DNA of 64,000 nt from a candidate division FCPU426 bacterium (GCA_030637655.1 DAOWGI010000027.1:57576-121575), one strand, 5' to 3'. Counted from the stretch's first letter, positions 28,156 to 38,579 are shown. Notes: generated from the letters alone by a model not told the origin. Made by a program: numbers and translations.

Positions 28156-29472
28156 TTAAATTTCCTTGCAATATTTATCAATTATCCTCGTTTTTCCGGT
28201 AAGTAATTCCTGCATCATGCCCTGCTTAATCGCCTTGGTCTTAGCACGCCGCGCTTCTAAAGCTGTTATATCAGCATCCATGTCTGAAAGAACGGAAGCA
28301 ATGGCGGATTGTTCGCTTTCATTTCTTGGCAACGCAATTTTGAAAACAGACAAATCTTTATTTGTAAGTTGATTTATTGTCGCACCCATGACTTCATTTA
28401 TCTGTCGTTGAATAATATTTGATTGAAATTGATAAAAAATATATTGGCTATATTTACTTCTATATAAAGACATAAATGCACCAAATGCACTCCCAACCAC
28501 ATGCTTATTAATTAGAGCGCATTTACCTATTAACTGGCGGCTTCCATTTCGCACACAAATAAGAATGTCACCTTCTCTTACCATTACTCGATCCGGCAGA
28601 TTCATCTCTACAAACACATTATCTTCAAATGCCAATTTACCATTTTGAACATTCGAAGAACGAAGAACAAGTACGCCATAATCTTTTACATCTCTCGGAC
28701 TATACGTCAATCCTATTAAGCTGCAACCAACATCACCTAGCGGTACATTGTCCCAATCTTCTGGTATCTCTCCAACCTCTGTCTGTTTATATCCTTTTCC
28801 TTCACCAAACCCCGGCAGGCGTTTTTTGCCTGTCAGCAGTTGCTGCATGGTGGCAATTTTGATGGCGCGTTTTTTGGTGATGAGTTTATCGAGGGATGAA
28901 ATCAGATCATCAATATCAGAAAGCGCAGTGGCGATTAAACGTTGTTCGGACGTTTCTTTTGGAAACCCGACCGGTAATTGATGCAGTATACTTCCTTTTA
29001 TTCCTTTAGCCGTACTTCCTGAAGAATGATCACCTAATATTTGTTGAAATACATCTGACATTAAATAGTACTTCAAATAATCATTACGAAGTAAATCCGC
29101 ATTAGCTCTATATTTAATAACCCTCTGAGCTAATGCAACATTCTCTTTATCAACTTCAGCAACATTACCTAATGGCGCTTCAGTTGTTATTAACACATCA
29201 CCTTTTAAAGGATATCCACGTCTCATTATTGTTTGATACTCTTTTTCGGAAACAAATTCCTCTGATATTGAATAATCAATAAATCCAAAACGAATATTTT
29301 TAGCGGTTACAAGTACGACGCCATCTTTTGTCTTTCTTGGCGTTTTACCTCTATAATCAACATAATTTGTACATCGATTTATAGGAAGTGTCTCCCAACC
29401 CTCCGGAATCTCTCCAACCTCTGTCTGCTTATATCCTTTTTTCAATTGTCCATTATCCATTGTCAATTCCAT
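28156..29472 (-). CDS. hsdS: Type I restriction-modification specificity subunit
   Basis: Two TRDs, each preceded by GYKQTEVGEIPE.W; conserved EQ..IA..LSD.D and MQ.LLTGK regions. Confidence 0.95.
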   Translation of the reverse strand: MELTMDNGQLKKGYKQTEVGEIPEGWETLPINRCTNYVDYRGKTPRKTKDGVVLVTAKNIRFGFIDYSISEEFVSEKEYQTIMRRGYPLKGDVLITTEAPLGNVAEVDKENVALAQRVIKYRANADLLRNDYLKYYLMSDVFQQILGDHSSGSTAKGIKGSILHQLPVGFPKETSEQRLIATALSDIDDLISSLDKLITKKRAIKIATMQQLLTGKKRLPGFGEGKGYKQTEVGEIPEDWDNVPLGDVGCSLIGLTYSPRDVKDYGVLVLRSSNVQNGKLAFEDNVFVEMNLPDRVMVREGDILICVRNGSRQLIGKCALINKHVVGSAFGAFMSLYRSKYSQYIFYQFQSNIIQRQINEVMGATINQLTNKDLSVFKIALPRNESEQSAIASVLSDMDADITALEARRAKTKAIKQGMMQELLTGKTRIIDKYCKEI

Positions 29473-31907
29473 TGAAGTCCCATCTTCTTCAGATGCGCAT
29501 CAACCTTAACACTTAATGTTTCCACTTTTTCCACCAATTGCGCTAGTGGTTCGGCATAGCGTTCTTCCAGCACTTTAATCCTTGTTGCCAATTGCTGGGT
29601 AATGCGTTCGATCTCGGACTCAATGGATTCTTTCATCGTAGCCAGCCATTTGTCTTCTATAATTAATGTTTTGATTTCATCTATTGTTACTTTTTGATAT
29701 TTGGCCAACACTTTTTCACCAAGTACTTTCTGTGCTGTTTTTATTTTATTACTGGCTTCTGTTTCTTTTTCCATGAGTTCATGGCATTTGGTTAGGACAG
29801 CCATTTCTTCCTGATTGTCTTCCTGGTTTTTGACTTCTGCAATTGTTGTTTTTAGAGTAGCTTTAGTTATTTTGCCTTTATCATTCTTGGCATCTTCCAG
29901 AACGCTCTCTTCTCCGCTATGTTCTTCTATAAAAGATTCCAGTTCCTGGGTAATCGTATCTTTATCTGATTGCAGTTCATCAAGTGCTTGCTGCTCTTTG
30001 CTAAAGAACCGATTAACAATAAGCTGCGGCGGAATAAGGTCCATTTTGAATTTCAGTTTATCAATAATCAGGTCCGGTGTTTCTTTTTGCTTTTCGCCGT
30101 TTTTCGGTTTTTCTAGTTTTCGCACTTGTTTGCCTGCTTGCCAGCCATCCTGGACAATTATATAGACATCATCCTGCATGGTTTCCGACCAATAGTCCAT
30201 GAGATGCTGATAAATATCATAGGGATTGATGAGTTTTGCTTTGAAAAACGTTGCGAGCAGATTTTCTGATAATTTATTAATAAGCTCTTTAGGCTTATCT
30301 TTTATTTTAATAGCTTCCAATTGTTCTTTATGCTCTTTTTCCCAGGCCTTGTATAATTTCATAATCCCTTTGGAAAAGAATTGATACTCTTCATGCTTTA
30401 AAATATTTGCTTTAACCTGATTGGCCGGTACCAATGCTTTGATATACCCTGCTCTATTGCCTTTGGCAAACAGCTGATTACGCACATTTGGGAATAATTT
30501 CCAGTATTTATCCAATGCTTCAATATCTGCTTCCGGTATACCGCCTTTTAAATGAGCTGGAAGATCATGCAAGTCTTCTGGCTCACTTGAATCAATGTAG
30601 CGGGGTATATTTAGATTGAATTCATTTTTTTCAATTTCCGCAAAAGGCACCATGCGAGAATACCCGGCAACTTCTGATTGTTTGGTAAATATATCGACTA
30701 TTTTATGTATATCCTGGCTACGCAGACGGTTTTTATTGCCATCCTTCATAAAGCCCTTGCTGGCATCAATCATAAAGATGCCCCGTCTGGCCTGGGCGTG
30801 TTGTTTGTCTATGACAATGATGCACGCCGGGATGCCGGTACCATAGAAGAGATTGGCCGGCAGGCCTATGATGCCTTTGATATAGCCTTGCTTGATCAGA
30901 TTGCGTCTGATGTCTGATTCAGTATTGCCCCGAAACAAGACTCCGTGGGGTAGAATGATCGCGCCTTTTCCGGTACTCTTCAATGATTTGATAATATGCA
31001 GCAGAAATGCATAGTCGCCGTTTTTAGCAGGCGGCACACCATACTCAAAGCGTTGGTACTGATCCTCTGTGGGTTTAATTCCTGTGCTCCAGGATTTATA
31101 GGAAAAAGGCGGATTGGCTACGGCAAAATCAAATTGTTTAAGGCTTTTACTATCTGGATTTTTAAAGTGTGGACTTGATAACGTATTTCCTTTCCATATT
31201 TCGGCATATGGAGCATTATGCAAAAACATATTCATTCTTGCCAAGGCATAGGTGGCATTATCATTTTCCTGGCCATAGATGGAAAGTCCTCGCGGCGCTT
31301 GATCATTGGCTTTGAGTAGTAATGAGCCTGATCCGCACGTTGGATCATAGATTGTGCATTTTTGTGAAGTCGTTTCATCTATTCCAATTACTTCGGACAT
31401 GACTATTGACACTTCAGCCGGTGTATAAAACTGTCCCTTACTCTTGCCCGATTCTGTGGCAAAGTGTCTCATTAGAAATTCATATGCATCTCCCAGTAAA
31501 TCATCGTCACCTGCACGATTGGAGCCTAAATCAAGTCCTTCAAATATGGCGGCCAACTTGGTAAGTCTGTCTACCATTTCCTTACCTTTGCCAAGTTTAT
31601 CCTCATCATTAAAATCAGCTATATCAATAACACCTTGCAGATCATTGTCTTTGGCAAGCCGGCCAATAATTTTATTAATCTTGTCGCCAATTTCTTTATC
31701 ATTTTTGATTTTTATTATATCCGTAAAAGAACTGCCTGATTTAACAAGAATAGAATCATCGGCTTTACCGGTTGATTTGTCAGAGGCATATTTTACAAAT
31801 AATAAGGTGAGTACATAATCTTTATACTGCGAGGCATCCATGCCGCCCCGTAATTCATCACAGCTAGCCCATAGTGAGCTGTATAATTCGTTTTTTTTGA
31901 TCGCCAT
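29463..31907 (-). CDS. hsdM: Type I restriction-modification methyltransferase (N6-adenine)
   Basis: LWASCDELRGGMD, GQFYTP, YDPTCGSGSLL, ANPPF and LPHGVLFRG. Confidence 0.96.
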   Translation of the reverse strand: MAIKKNELYSSLWASCDELRGGMDASQYKDYVLTLLFVKYASDKSTGKADDSILVKSGSSFTDIIKIKNDKEIGDKINKIIGRLAKDNDLQGVIDIADFNDEDKLGKGKEMVDRLTKLAAIFEGLDLGSNRAGDDDLLGDAYEFLMRHFATESGKSKGQFYTPAEVSIVMSEVIGIDETTSQKCTIYDPTCGSGSLLLKANDQAPRGLSIYGQENDNATYALARMNMFLHNAPYAEIWKGNTLSSPHFKNPDSKSLKQFDFAVANPPFSYKSWSTGIKPTEDQYQRFEYGVPPAKNGDYAFLLHIIKSLKSTGKGAIILPHGVLFRGNTESDIRRNLIKQGYIKGIIGLPANLFYGTGIPACIIVIDKQHAQARRGIFMIDASKGFMKDGNKNRLRSQDIHKIVDIFTKQSEVAGYSRMVPFAEIEKNEFNLNIPRYIDSSEPEDLHDLPAHLKGGIPEADIEALDKYWKLFPNVRNQLFAKGNRAGYIKALVPANQVKANILKHEEYQFFSKGIMKLYKAWEKEHKEQLEAIKIKDKPKELINKLSENLLATFFKAKLINPYDIYQHLMDYWSETMQDDVYIIVQDGWQAGKQVRKLEKPKNGEKQKETPDLIIDKLKFKMDLIPPQLIVNRFFSKEQQALDELQSDKDTITQELESFIEEHSGEESVLEDAKNDKGKITKATLKTTIAEVKNQEDNQEEMAVLTKCHELMEKETEASNKIKTAQKVLGEKVLAKYQKVTIDEIKTLIIEDKWLATMKESIESEIERITQQLATRIKVLEERYAEPLAQLVEKVETLSVKVDAHLKKMGLQWN

Positions 31908-32006
31908 TTTTTATGTAATTCCTTTATTTGATTTACTCCACGCTGTGCGGAGAATATTTTGCGCAATGTTTTATTGTGGTCCTGTCAAAAAAAACCTCTG
32001 CTTTTT

Positions 32007-33551
32007 TCAATGCTTCTTGCTTTGCTTCTTTATGTACTCAGCGCCTTTTTTAGTAAGACGATATTTTTGCAAACGGCTGTTGGGCTTTTCGGGGATGGTT
32101 CGCTCTATCAGACTATTTTCCAAAGCAATGCTGAGGTATTGCTTCTCAAAATTATCACGCCCCTTTAAATGCATCGCCTCCATTATCTCTTTGCGGCTCA
32201 TTTCCTGATTTTTCAAGCATCTCAACAACTTTCCGACTTGCCCTGTGACTTGCCCTGTGACTTGCCCTGTGACTTGCCCTGTGACTTGCCCTGTGACTTG
32301 CGGGGCTATCCCACCAACAGCCTCAAAAGCGCGCCCGGATTTCCGGCGAATCGTTATCACAAATCCGTCTGTTAGCCGGAACTCCGGTTCCTTGAGTCCT
32401 GCTTCGCGGCAGCGTTCAACCATATCGCTGATGCCGGTTCCCATGCGCTCAATATACTTTGTCAGATATAAAGGCTCGGCAATCAACGGATTGACAGGCA
32501 CTGATCCATGCGGCTGGCGCAGCTTTTCCAATGTGAGCGGGGGCGGAAGAGTACCGGGATTCCACACTTCCAGCCGGTCGGAAAAAAGCATGACCTGCAC
32601 ACTGCCATTGCTGGTATAGTCGCGATGCGCCACGGCATTGACGATCGCTTCGGAAACCACTTCCGGGGGGATTTCATACGCCACCGGCGCCTGCGGTCCG
32701 CGAGCGCGCGTACCCACGGCTAAATCAATTTTTGAAAGAACAAAATTGACCGACTGATTCACCAGATCAAACAATGTTCCCTTAAAGATTTGATAGAAAG
32801 GAATGGGTTTTGAAACGCTTGTGCCGTGAAAATGGGCGCATTTCACTTCAGACGAAATTAGAAAACGCTGCGGATTTTTCCCGAATAGAAGCATGGCCGC
32901 GTTGGTCGGGAGATCGTTTTTAAGCAAATTCAAATGCGCCAGCACATCCCGCATCTTGGTGTCGTCCGTCAAGGGTAATCCGCGCGAGTGACGGGCAAGT
33001 TGAAGAAACCAGCTGATTTTCTCTTCAGATAGGTCTTCCAGTTTCGCATCACGGCACAGCGCGGCGTCAAACGGCACGTCGCGAAGCAACTCATGCGCTG
33101 CCAAATAATCCACCAGCGCCGCGTAAACTCCTGCCATGAGCTCTGAAAATGTTGAAAATCTCCGGCGGATAAGCTGTGCGCCGGCGTGTTGCACGAGTGC
33201 GCGCATTTTCGGATGGCGTTGGCTGTCATCCAGACCTTTGACAAATATCAAACGATATTTTCCGCGCCTGGTTGCTTCATCAAACTCCTGATGCGTGGCC
33301 GAAAAACCATTCGCATCTTCAGTCCCGTATTGATTCCCGAAAATGCCAATATAAACCTCACATTGCCCGATTTCGTTCATGTACAATGCCACCGCTGATT
33401 GATCCGCAGCAGCTTTGTCTTCAAACACAAACGGCTCAAAAAACCTCCGCAACATTGGATCAGCGCGCAAATACTCGCGCAGGGCTGCGCGCTCCGCTTC
33501 AAACTCTTTTTGAACACTGCTAATGAATATTTTAAATTTCATCCGCGTCAT
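32007..33551 (-). CDS. DUF4062 + ATP-binding (RecG C-terminal/HATPase_c_4-like) + winged-helix protein
   Basis: IFISSVQKEF..ER N-terminus; EAIVNAVAHRDY, NPG.LP, NPLIA and IERMGTG; C-terminal TIPEKPNSRLQKYRLT. Confidence 0.85.
   Translation of the reverse strand: MTRMKFKIFISSVQKEFEAERAALREYLRADPMLRRFFEPFVFEDKAAADQSAVALYMNEIGQCEVYIGIFGNQYGTEDANGFSATHQEFDEATRRGKYRLIFVKGLDDSQRHPKMRALVQHAGAQLIRRRFSTFSELMAGVYAALVDYLAAHELLRDVPFDAALCRDAKLEDLSEEKISWFLQLARHSRGLPLTDDTKMRDVLAHLNLLKNDLPTNAAMLLFGKNPQRFLISSEVKCAHFHGTSVSKPIPFYQIFKGTLFDLVNQSVNFVLSKIDLAVGTRARGPQAPVAYEIPPEVVSEAIVNAVAHRDYTSNGSVQVMLFSDRLEVWNPGTLPPPLTLEKLRQPHGSVPVNPLIAEPLYLTKYIERMGTGISDMVERCREAGLKEPEFRLTDGFVITIRRKSGRAFEAVGGIAPQVTGQVTGQVTGQVTGQVTGQVGKLLRCLKNQEMSRKEIMEAMHLKGRDNFEKQYLSIALENSLIERTIPEKPNSRLQKYRLTKKGAEYIKKQSKKH
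32235..32301 (-). repeat. In-frame 12-bp tandem repeat (~5.5 copies) encoding QVTG
   Basis: (GACTTGCCCTGT)x5 + GACTTGC on the plus strand. Confidence 0.95.
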
Positions 33552-33672
33552 ACCCTCTTAAATAAAGCCTTGCCGTGAAAGTCCGCATATCAGTAGGGAC
33601 TTCTCCGTCTTCATACCCCCATATGCTGCTATGCGCAAATATTGGGGCAAGCAATTAAATGTTTTTTAGGGG

Positions 33673-33864
33673 CTACCCTCGCCGCATTCGCAGATACGCC
33701 TCCACACTCCGGTCATAGGTTTTTTCGGTTTTGGCATCAAAATAACAAGCCGGCAGTTCGCCTAAGCGCCTGTGATATTGTACGCACTCGCAACATATAC
33801 CTTTACGTGAACAAGGATAGGTGCAATTGCAGTAACTCATGTTTTTATCCTTTTTGCATTCCAT
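33673..33864 (-). CDS. Small Cys-rich protein (DUF6485-like)
   Basis: [20 protein letters not shown]...LPACYF...TYDRS; AGGAGGTG RBS. Confidence 0.8.
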   Translation of the reverse strand: MECKKDKNMSYCNCTYPCSRKGICCECVQYHRRLGELPACYFDAKTEKTYDRSVEAYLRMRRG

Positions 33865-33992
33865 CAAAATCACCTCCTGTTACTCTCAATCAAACTGTAC
33901 TACTTTTTATTGCGTTCGTTTTTGTGGTTTCATCTTTTACCCGCATTTTCCTCAGCGTTCTCTGTGCCTCTGTGCCTCTGTGGTAAACGCTT

Positions 33993-34406
33993 TTATTCCC
34001 CCATCACTTTAATCACCAACCGCTTGGGACGTTGGCCGTCAAACTCCGCGTAAAACACTGCTTGCCAAGGACCTAAATCCAAGCGTCTTTTGGTAATGGG
34101 AAGTATAACCTGATGATGAACCAGCAAGTTTTTTAAATGCGCATCTCCATTGGTTTCACCGGTCCGGTGATGGTGGTAATCATCCTTATAAGGCGCCAAA
34201 CCTTCCAACCACTCATCAATATCCTGATGTAGGCCGGGTTCATTATCATTCACAAATACCCCGGCAGTGATGTGCATGGCTGAGACCAGCGCCATTCCCT
34301 CCTGCACCTTGGAAGCTCTCACTTCTTTTTCTACGTCTGAAGTGATATTGATATACTCGCGATGTTTGGCAGTATTAAAGGTTCTATAGGCAGTATGGCT
34401 TTTCAT
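33993..34406 (-). CDS. yjbQ: YjbQ/UPF0047 (secondary thiamine-phosphate synthase) protein
   Basis: MHITAG...ND.EPGL, NGDAHLK and [15 protein letters not shown]. Confidence 0.92.
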   Translation of the reverse strand: MKSHTAYRTFNTAKHREYINITSDVEKEVRASKVQEGMALVSAMHITAGVFVNDNEPGLHQDIDEWLEGLAPYKDDYHHHRTGETNGDAHLKNLLVHHQVILPITKRRLDLGPWQAVFYAEFDGQRPKRLVIKVMGE

Positions 34407-34554
34407 TGATTCCTCCTTTTTGTCTAAAATTAAACACAGGGGCCTGGCATGCCCGGGGGACTTTATAGTGAGAATAATAGCAAATCAAAAAATAGAATGT
34501 TAGTAATTTATGTGATTTTTACATAAATAGCTGCCCGGCACAGAATAAAATTGC

Positions 34555-34908
34555 TGAATTGTAACCACAAGCGCGACAGTTATTAAGTTGTCATTGAACC
34601 TAATAACTGTCGCTGAATCACAATACTGATTTTAAGGTCCTTTTAGCTCGTCATCCCCCGACCGGAAAAGATATATAGGGACGCTTCGCAGCCGGCATTT
34701 CGTCACCCCGGTATGCAGTTAACCGGGGCGGGATCCAGGACGGCTACTTACAAACGAAGGATTTCCTGGACCCCGGATAAAATCGTTCCGGGGTGACGAA
34801 CTTTAAAGAAAAAACCTTTTTTACCAAGATCAGGTATGTTGCAATATGAGTTACAATCTGCCGGTTACCTTCTAACTTACAACATGTTGCACTTGTGGTT
34901 ACAATTCA
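34555..34908. mobile_element. MITE-like element with ~24-bp TIR carrying a REP doublet and the 38-nt insert
   Basis: TGAATTGTAACCACAAGCGCGACA...TGTTGCACTTGTGGTTACAATTCA; internal GTCACCCCGG...CCGGGGTGAC; solo end copy at 18600-18624. Confidence 0.7.
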
Positions 34909-35042
34909 CCAGCTTTTATAAATATTCTATTGGATTTTTCATTCCGTATCATTAGACTGGGCTCAGAATGGCAAATTTCGCGAGCATTATTTTATGCGGA
35001 AACTGGAAAAAGTCCGCCCGGTTTCCAATAAACTAAGCTTTT

Positions 35043-36203
35043 CTAGCTTTCCAAATCCTTTATTTTCTGCACGGCATGCACGATATCATCCGCCAGATGG
35101 GGTGGAGCATACCGAAGAAAAAGTTTATAAGCTTCTACTGCTTTACTAAGCCGGCCGGATTTCTCGCAGCTTAAAGCCTTATCAAAATAGATTCGCGCTG
35201 AATCCGGTTGGATCTGCAAAGCTTTATTAAAATCTTCGATTGCCCGAATATAATCGCCTTTCCTGTAATAAATCACTCCGCGGTCGTGGTAGGCTTCACC
35301 ATTATTTGGCTGTATTTCCAATACTTTGTTAAAGTCTCGAATCGCCTGTTCATAGTTATTTTGGGCGCAATAAGCAATTCCCCGATTTCGGTATGCGGTT
35401 TTATCCAAAGTATTTATTTTCAAGACATGATTGAAGTCAACAATGGCATCTTCATATTGTCTGTTTTTGAGATAAGCTATTCCGCGATGCTTGCAGGCAT
35501 CCGCATCTTCCGGCTTTAGATCCAAACTTTGGTTGAAATCATCAACTGCTTTAGCGCATTTGTTTTTAAACAGATAAGCTAATCCCCTATGGTAATAAGC
35601 GTCAAAATATTTCGTATTGAATTTCAGCGCTTGATTAAATTCGGCAATTGCTTTATCGAACGAGGCGCCGGCTAAATAAGTTAATCCCCGGCAAAAATAG
35701 GCTTCAGCGTTATTGGGCTTGATTTTTAAAGCCCTGTTAAAGTCGTCAAGCGCCGGCGGGTATTTGCCTAGATTGTAATAGACTTTACCCCTCAGCACAT
35801 AAGCTGAAAAATATTCAGGGTCAATTTCCAATGCTTTAGTTAGATTTTGATCCGCCTGGAAAAAATCACATTTCAGCGAATAAATCAGTCCTAAATTGTG
35901 ATAAATGCCGGGGCTTTTGGATTGAATTTCCAATACTTTTTTTAACTCGGCAATGGCCCGGTCATACTTCTTATTATTCACATAGACTGTCACGCGGTTG
36001 TAGCGGTCTTTTATCGCCTTTTGCTCTTTTTCGGCAGCTTTATTTAACTTGGAAACTGCTAGACCAGTACCATCTTGCCTGACATTGAATTTTGCATTTA
36101 AATTTTCAGGAATTGCATAACTTTTGAAACCTAATATGACTGCCATAATAAAAAGCACTGTTTTAATCAGTGTAAATTTTATTATATTCATCAGAATCAA
36201 CAA
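35043..36203 (-). CDS. Exported TPR-repeat protein
   Basis: N-terminal hydrophobic segment followed by ~9 canonical TPRs; exact start uncertain. Confidence 0.85.
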   Translation of the reverse strand: MLILMNIIKFTLIKTVLFIMAVILGFKSYAIPENLNAKFNVRQDGTGLAVSKLNKAAEKEQKAIKDRYNRVTVYVNNKKYDRAIAELKKVLEIQSKSPGIYHNLGLIYSLKCDFFQADQNLTKALEIDPEYFSAYVLRGKVYYNLGKYPPALDDFNRALKIKPNNAEAYFCRGLTYLAGASFDKAIAEFNQALKFNTKYFDAYYHRGLAYLFKNKCAKAVDDFNQSLDLKPEDADACKHRGIAYLKNRQYEDAIVDFNHVLKINTLDKTAYRNRGIAYCAQNNYEQAIRDFNKVLEIQPNNGEAYHDRGVIYYRKGDYIRAIEDFNKALQIQPDSARIYFDKALSCEKSGRLSKAVEAYKLFLRYAPPHLADDIVHAVQKIKDLES

Positions 36204-36612
36204 CTTTCTTTTTTGGGAGGAGGGGGAATGGAAGAAAATTCGGAGGAATCCTATTTTTTTAAACCAACAACCAAAACCATTCCATTTTACATCTATTATA
36301 AATATAGCACATATTTATTGGGATGCAAATTTCTCTGATTATTTTCACCAATCTGCCGGTGTGAGGTGATAAAATTGCCATTAACCAATTCAAATTTCTA
36401 TGCAATAATGGCGTGGTTGGTGCAAAGGCCGGTTGTTGGGAACTGTCGAAGCGGAGCTTTCAGGGGGACCGCAGGTCCCCCTGACGCAAACGCCGATGCG
36501 TTTTGCTGGCCCCTCCTATCCGATTCAGGGGCTCCGCCCCCGAACCCCCGCTCTCTATTTTTATAGAGAGCCGCTGCCAATAGGCGGCAAATCATGATGA
36601 AAGGCACCTGTT

Positions 36613-37329
36613 ATGCCAAAAACTATTATTGTAGGTGCCACCTCCGGTATTGGCTGCGAGTTAGCGCGTCAATTAGCCCAGGCAGGTTGGACACTCGGTC
36701 TTACCGGCCGCCGCCTGGAACGCTTGGAAGCTTTAAAAACTGAACTTCCCGGATCTGTTTTTATTCAGGCTATGGATGTAAGTCAAACCTCCCGGGCTAT
36801 TTCTGCTTTGCAGCAATTGATACAGACCATGGGCGGAATGGACCTGCTTATTATTAGTGCCGGCATTTCACATCGTAACGCCTCCTGGGAACAGGCAAAT
36901 GAAATCATTAAAATCAATGTCCAAGGCTTTGCTGCCATTGCTCACGTTGGTTTCTCTTTTTTTAGTGAGCAAGGCTTTGGCCGGCTGGTTGGGCTCTCCT
37001 CAATTTCCGCGATTCGGGGCCGGGGAGAAAACATAGCTTACTCAGCGAGCAAAGCTTTTGTTTCCAATTATCTTCAGGGGCTTAGGCAAAAAACCGCGCG
37101 CGCTAATAAAAAAATCATCATCACAGACATTCTTGCCGGTTGGATCAATACTCCCTTAATCCGCAGAGGTGGCTCCAAACGATTTTGGGTGGCACCGGTT
37201 GATGTTGCTGCTCGTCAAATTATCACAGCCATTCAGAAGAAAAAATCCCGCGCTTATGTCACCCGCCGATGGAAACTCATCGCCTGGTTCTTGCTCCTGA
37301 TTCCGGATTGGTGGCATAAAAGATTGTGA
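36613..37329 (+). CDS. SDR family oxidoreductase
   Basis: GATSGIG, SAG, SS and YSASK catalytic motif. Confidence 0.92.
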   Translation: MPKTIIVGATSGIGCELARQLAQAGWTLGLTGRRLERLEALKTELPGSVFIQAMDVSQTSRAISALQQLIQTMGGMDLLIISAGISHRNASWEQANEIIKINVQGFAAIAHVGFSFFSEQGFGRLVGLSSISAIRGRGENIAYSASKAFVSNYLQGLRQKTARANKKIIITDILAGWINTPLIRRGGSKRFWVAPVDVAARQIITAIQKKKSRAYVTRRWKLIAWFLLLIPDWWHKRL

Positions 37330-37334
37330 TATTT

Positions 37335-37352
37335 GTAGAGACGCGTCTCTAC
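37335..37352. repeat. GTAG-type perfect palindrome
   Basis: GTAGAGACGCGTCTCTAC. Confidence 0.55.
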
Positions 37353-37360
37353 AGCCAAAT

Positions 37361-37391
37361 AAAAAAGCCTCCTTGAGAAGGAGGCTTTTTT
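37361..37391. terminator. Bidirectional terminator between the SDR gene and tRNA-fMet
   Basis: AAAAAAGCCTCCTT-GAG-AAGGAGGCTTTTTT. Confidence 0.85.
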
Positions 37392-37396
37392 ATATA

Positions 37397-37471
<75 letters not shown>

Positions 37472-37566
37472 TCATTAGCATAATGAGGATGGAATTTAAC
37501 ACATCATGTATGCAATGTCTAGAAAAAACTTGATTTTTACTTAAAACCATTTTTCTTTAAAACACC

Positions 37567-38316
37567 CTATTTTTTTACTGATCCCTGGGCTGCTACTGCG
37601 GCTTGGGCCTTGGCAATGGCTTCCTGATCCCCCAAATAATAGTGTTTGATTACTTTGAAATCATCATCAAACTCATAGACCAAAGGAATACCTGTGGGAA
37701 TATTCAGTTTCACAATCTCCTCATCAGACATATTGTCCAAATGCTTGACTAAAGCACGCAGAGAATTCCCGTGTGCAGCAATCAAGATCTTTTTGCCGGC
37801 TTTAAGTTCTGGAAAAATTACATCCTTCCAATACGGCAAGGCGCGTTCCAGCGTCTTTTTCAAATCCTCGGTAGCCGGACGTTCCTCAGGCGAAAGATCC
37901 GCATAACGAGGATCGTGATTGGGATGACGCTCATCGGATTCTTCCAAGACCGGTGGTGGTATATCATAACTGCGGCGCCAGATCTTGACCTGGTCTTCTC
38001 CAAATTTTTCCGCGGTCTCGGATTTATTCAACCCCTGTAATTCTCCGTAATGACGCTCATTCAAACGCCAAGTACGTATCACAGGAATCCACATGAGATC
38101 CATCTCATCCAGGGTAATCCAGAGCGTACGAATCGCGCGTTTGAGAACAGAGGTATAGGCTACATCAAAGGTAAATCCCTCTTTTTTAAATAATTTTCCT
38201 GCCGCCTCTGCTTCTTGTAGCCCTTGTTCGGACAAATCCACATCCGTCCAGCCGGTGAACTTATTTTCCAGGTTCCACGTGCTCTGCCCATGGCGCAGCA
38301 TGACCAATTTCGTCAT
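37567..38316 (-). CDS. gpmA: 2,3-bisphosphoglycerate-dependent phosphoglycerate mutase
   Basis: [27 protein letters not shown] and AHGNSLRAL. Confidence 0.97.
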   Translation of the reverse strand: MTKLVMLRHGQSTWNLENKFTGWTDVDLSEQGLQEAEAAGKLFKKEGFTFDVAYTSVLKRAIRTLWITLDEMDLMWIPVIRTWRLNERHYGELQGLNKSETAEKFGEDQVKIWRRSYDIPPPVLEESDERHPNHDPRYADLSPEERPATEDLKKTLERALPYWKDVIFPELKAGKKILIAAHGNSLRALVKHLDNMSDEEIVKLNIPTGIPLVYEFDDDFKVIKHYYLGDQEAIAKAQAAVAAQGSVKK

Positions 38317-38328
38317 AATAGTAACCTC

Positions 38329-38443
38329 CTAACCCGGACAAGCCGGAACCAAAAATATTTGATAGGATTAACAGAATATACGGGATTTTAAATAAATCCT
38401 GTCAATCCTGTTATCCTGTCAAAAAAAATTCTTTGCGCTCTTT
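38329..38443. repeat. Element with CTAACCCGG...CCGGAACC terminus and 9-mer periodic palindromic cargo
   Basis: GATAGGATTAACAGAAT...ATCCTGTCAATCCTGTTATCCTGTC; the terminus matches 14221-14242 with 2 mismatches. Confidence 0.6.
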
Positions 38444-38579
38444 ACGGCGAATGATTTTCTGCCATAAAAAGTACGAATTTGAAAACTAAGATACTAAGAT
38501 GTAAAAACGCAGGAATTATATCATATTAGGTCTGGGAGAAAAGCCTTTTTTTGTTAAAATTTCAGATGTGAACCCCTGA

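Noticed and set aside
28763-29439. ~35-bp direct repeats in hsdS as a phase-variation shufflon
   Set aside because: They are the normal conserved regions before each TRD, in direct orientation, with no extra hsdS copy or recombinase nearby.
36228-36338. 36-codon plus-strand ORF after GGAGGAGGGGGA
   Set aside because: Good RBS, but it sits in the AT-rich divergent promoter region with no other support.
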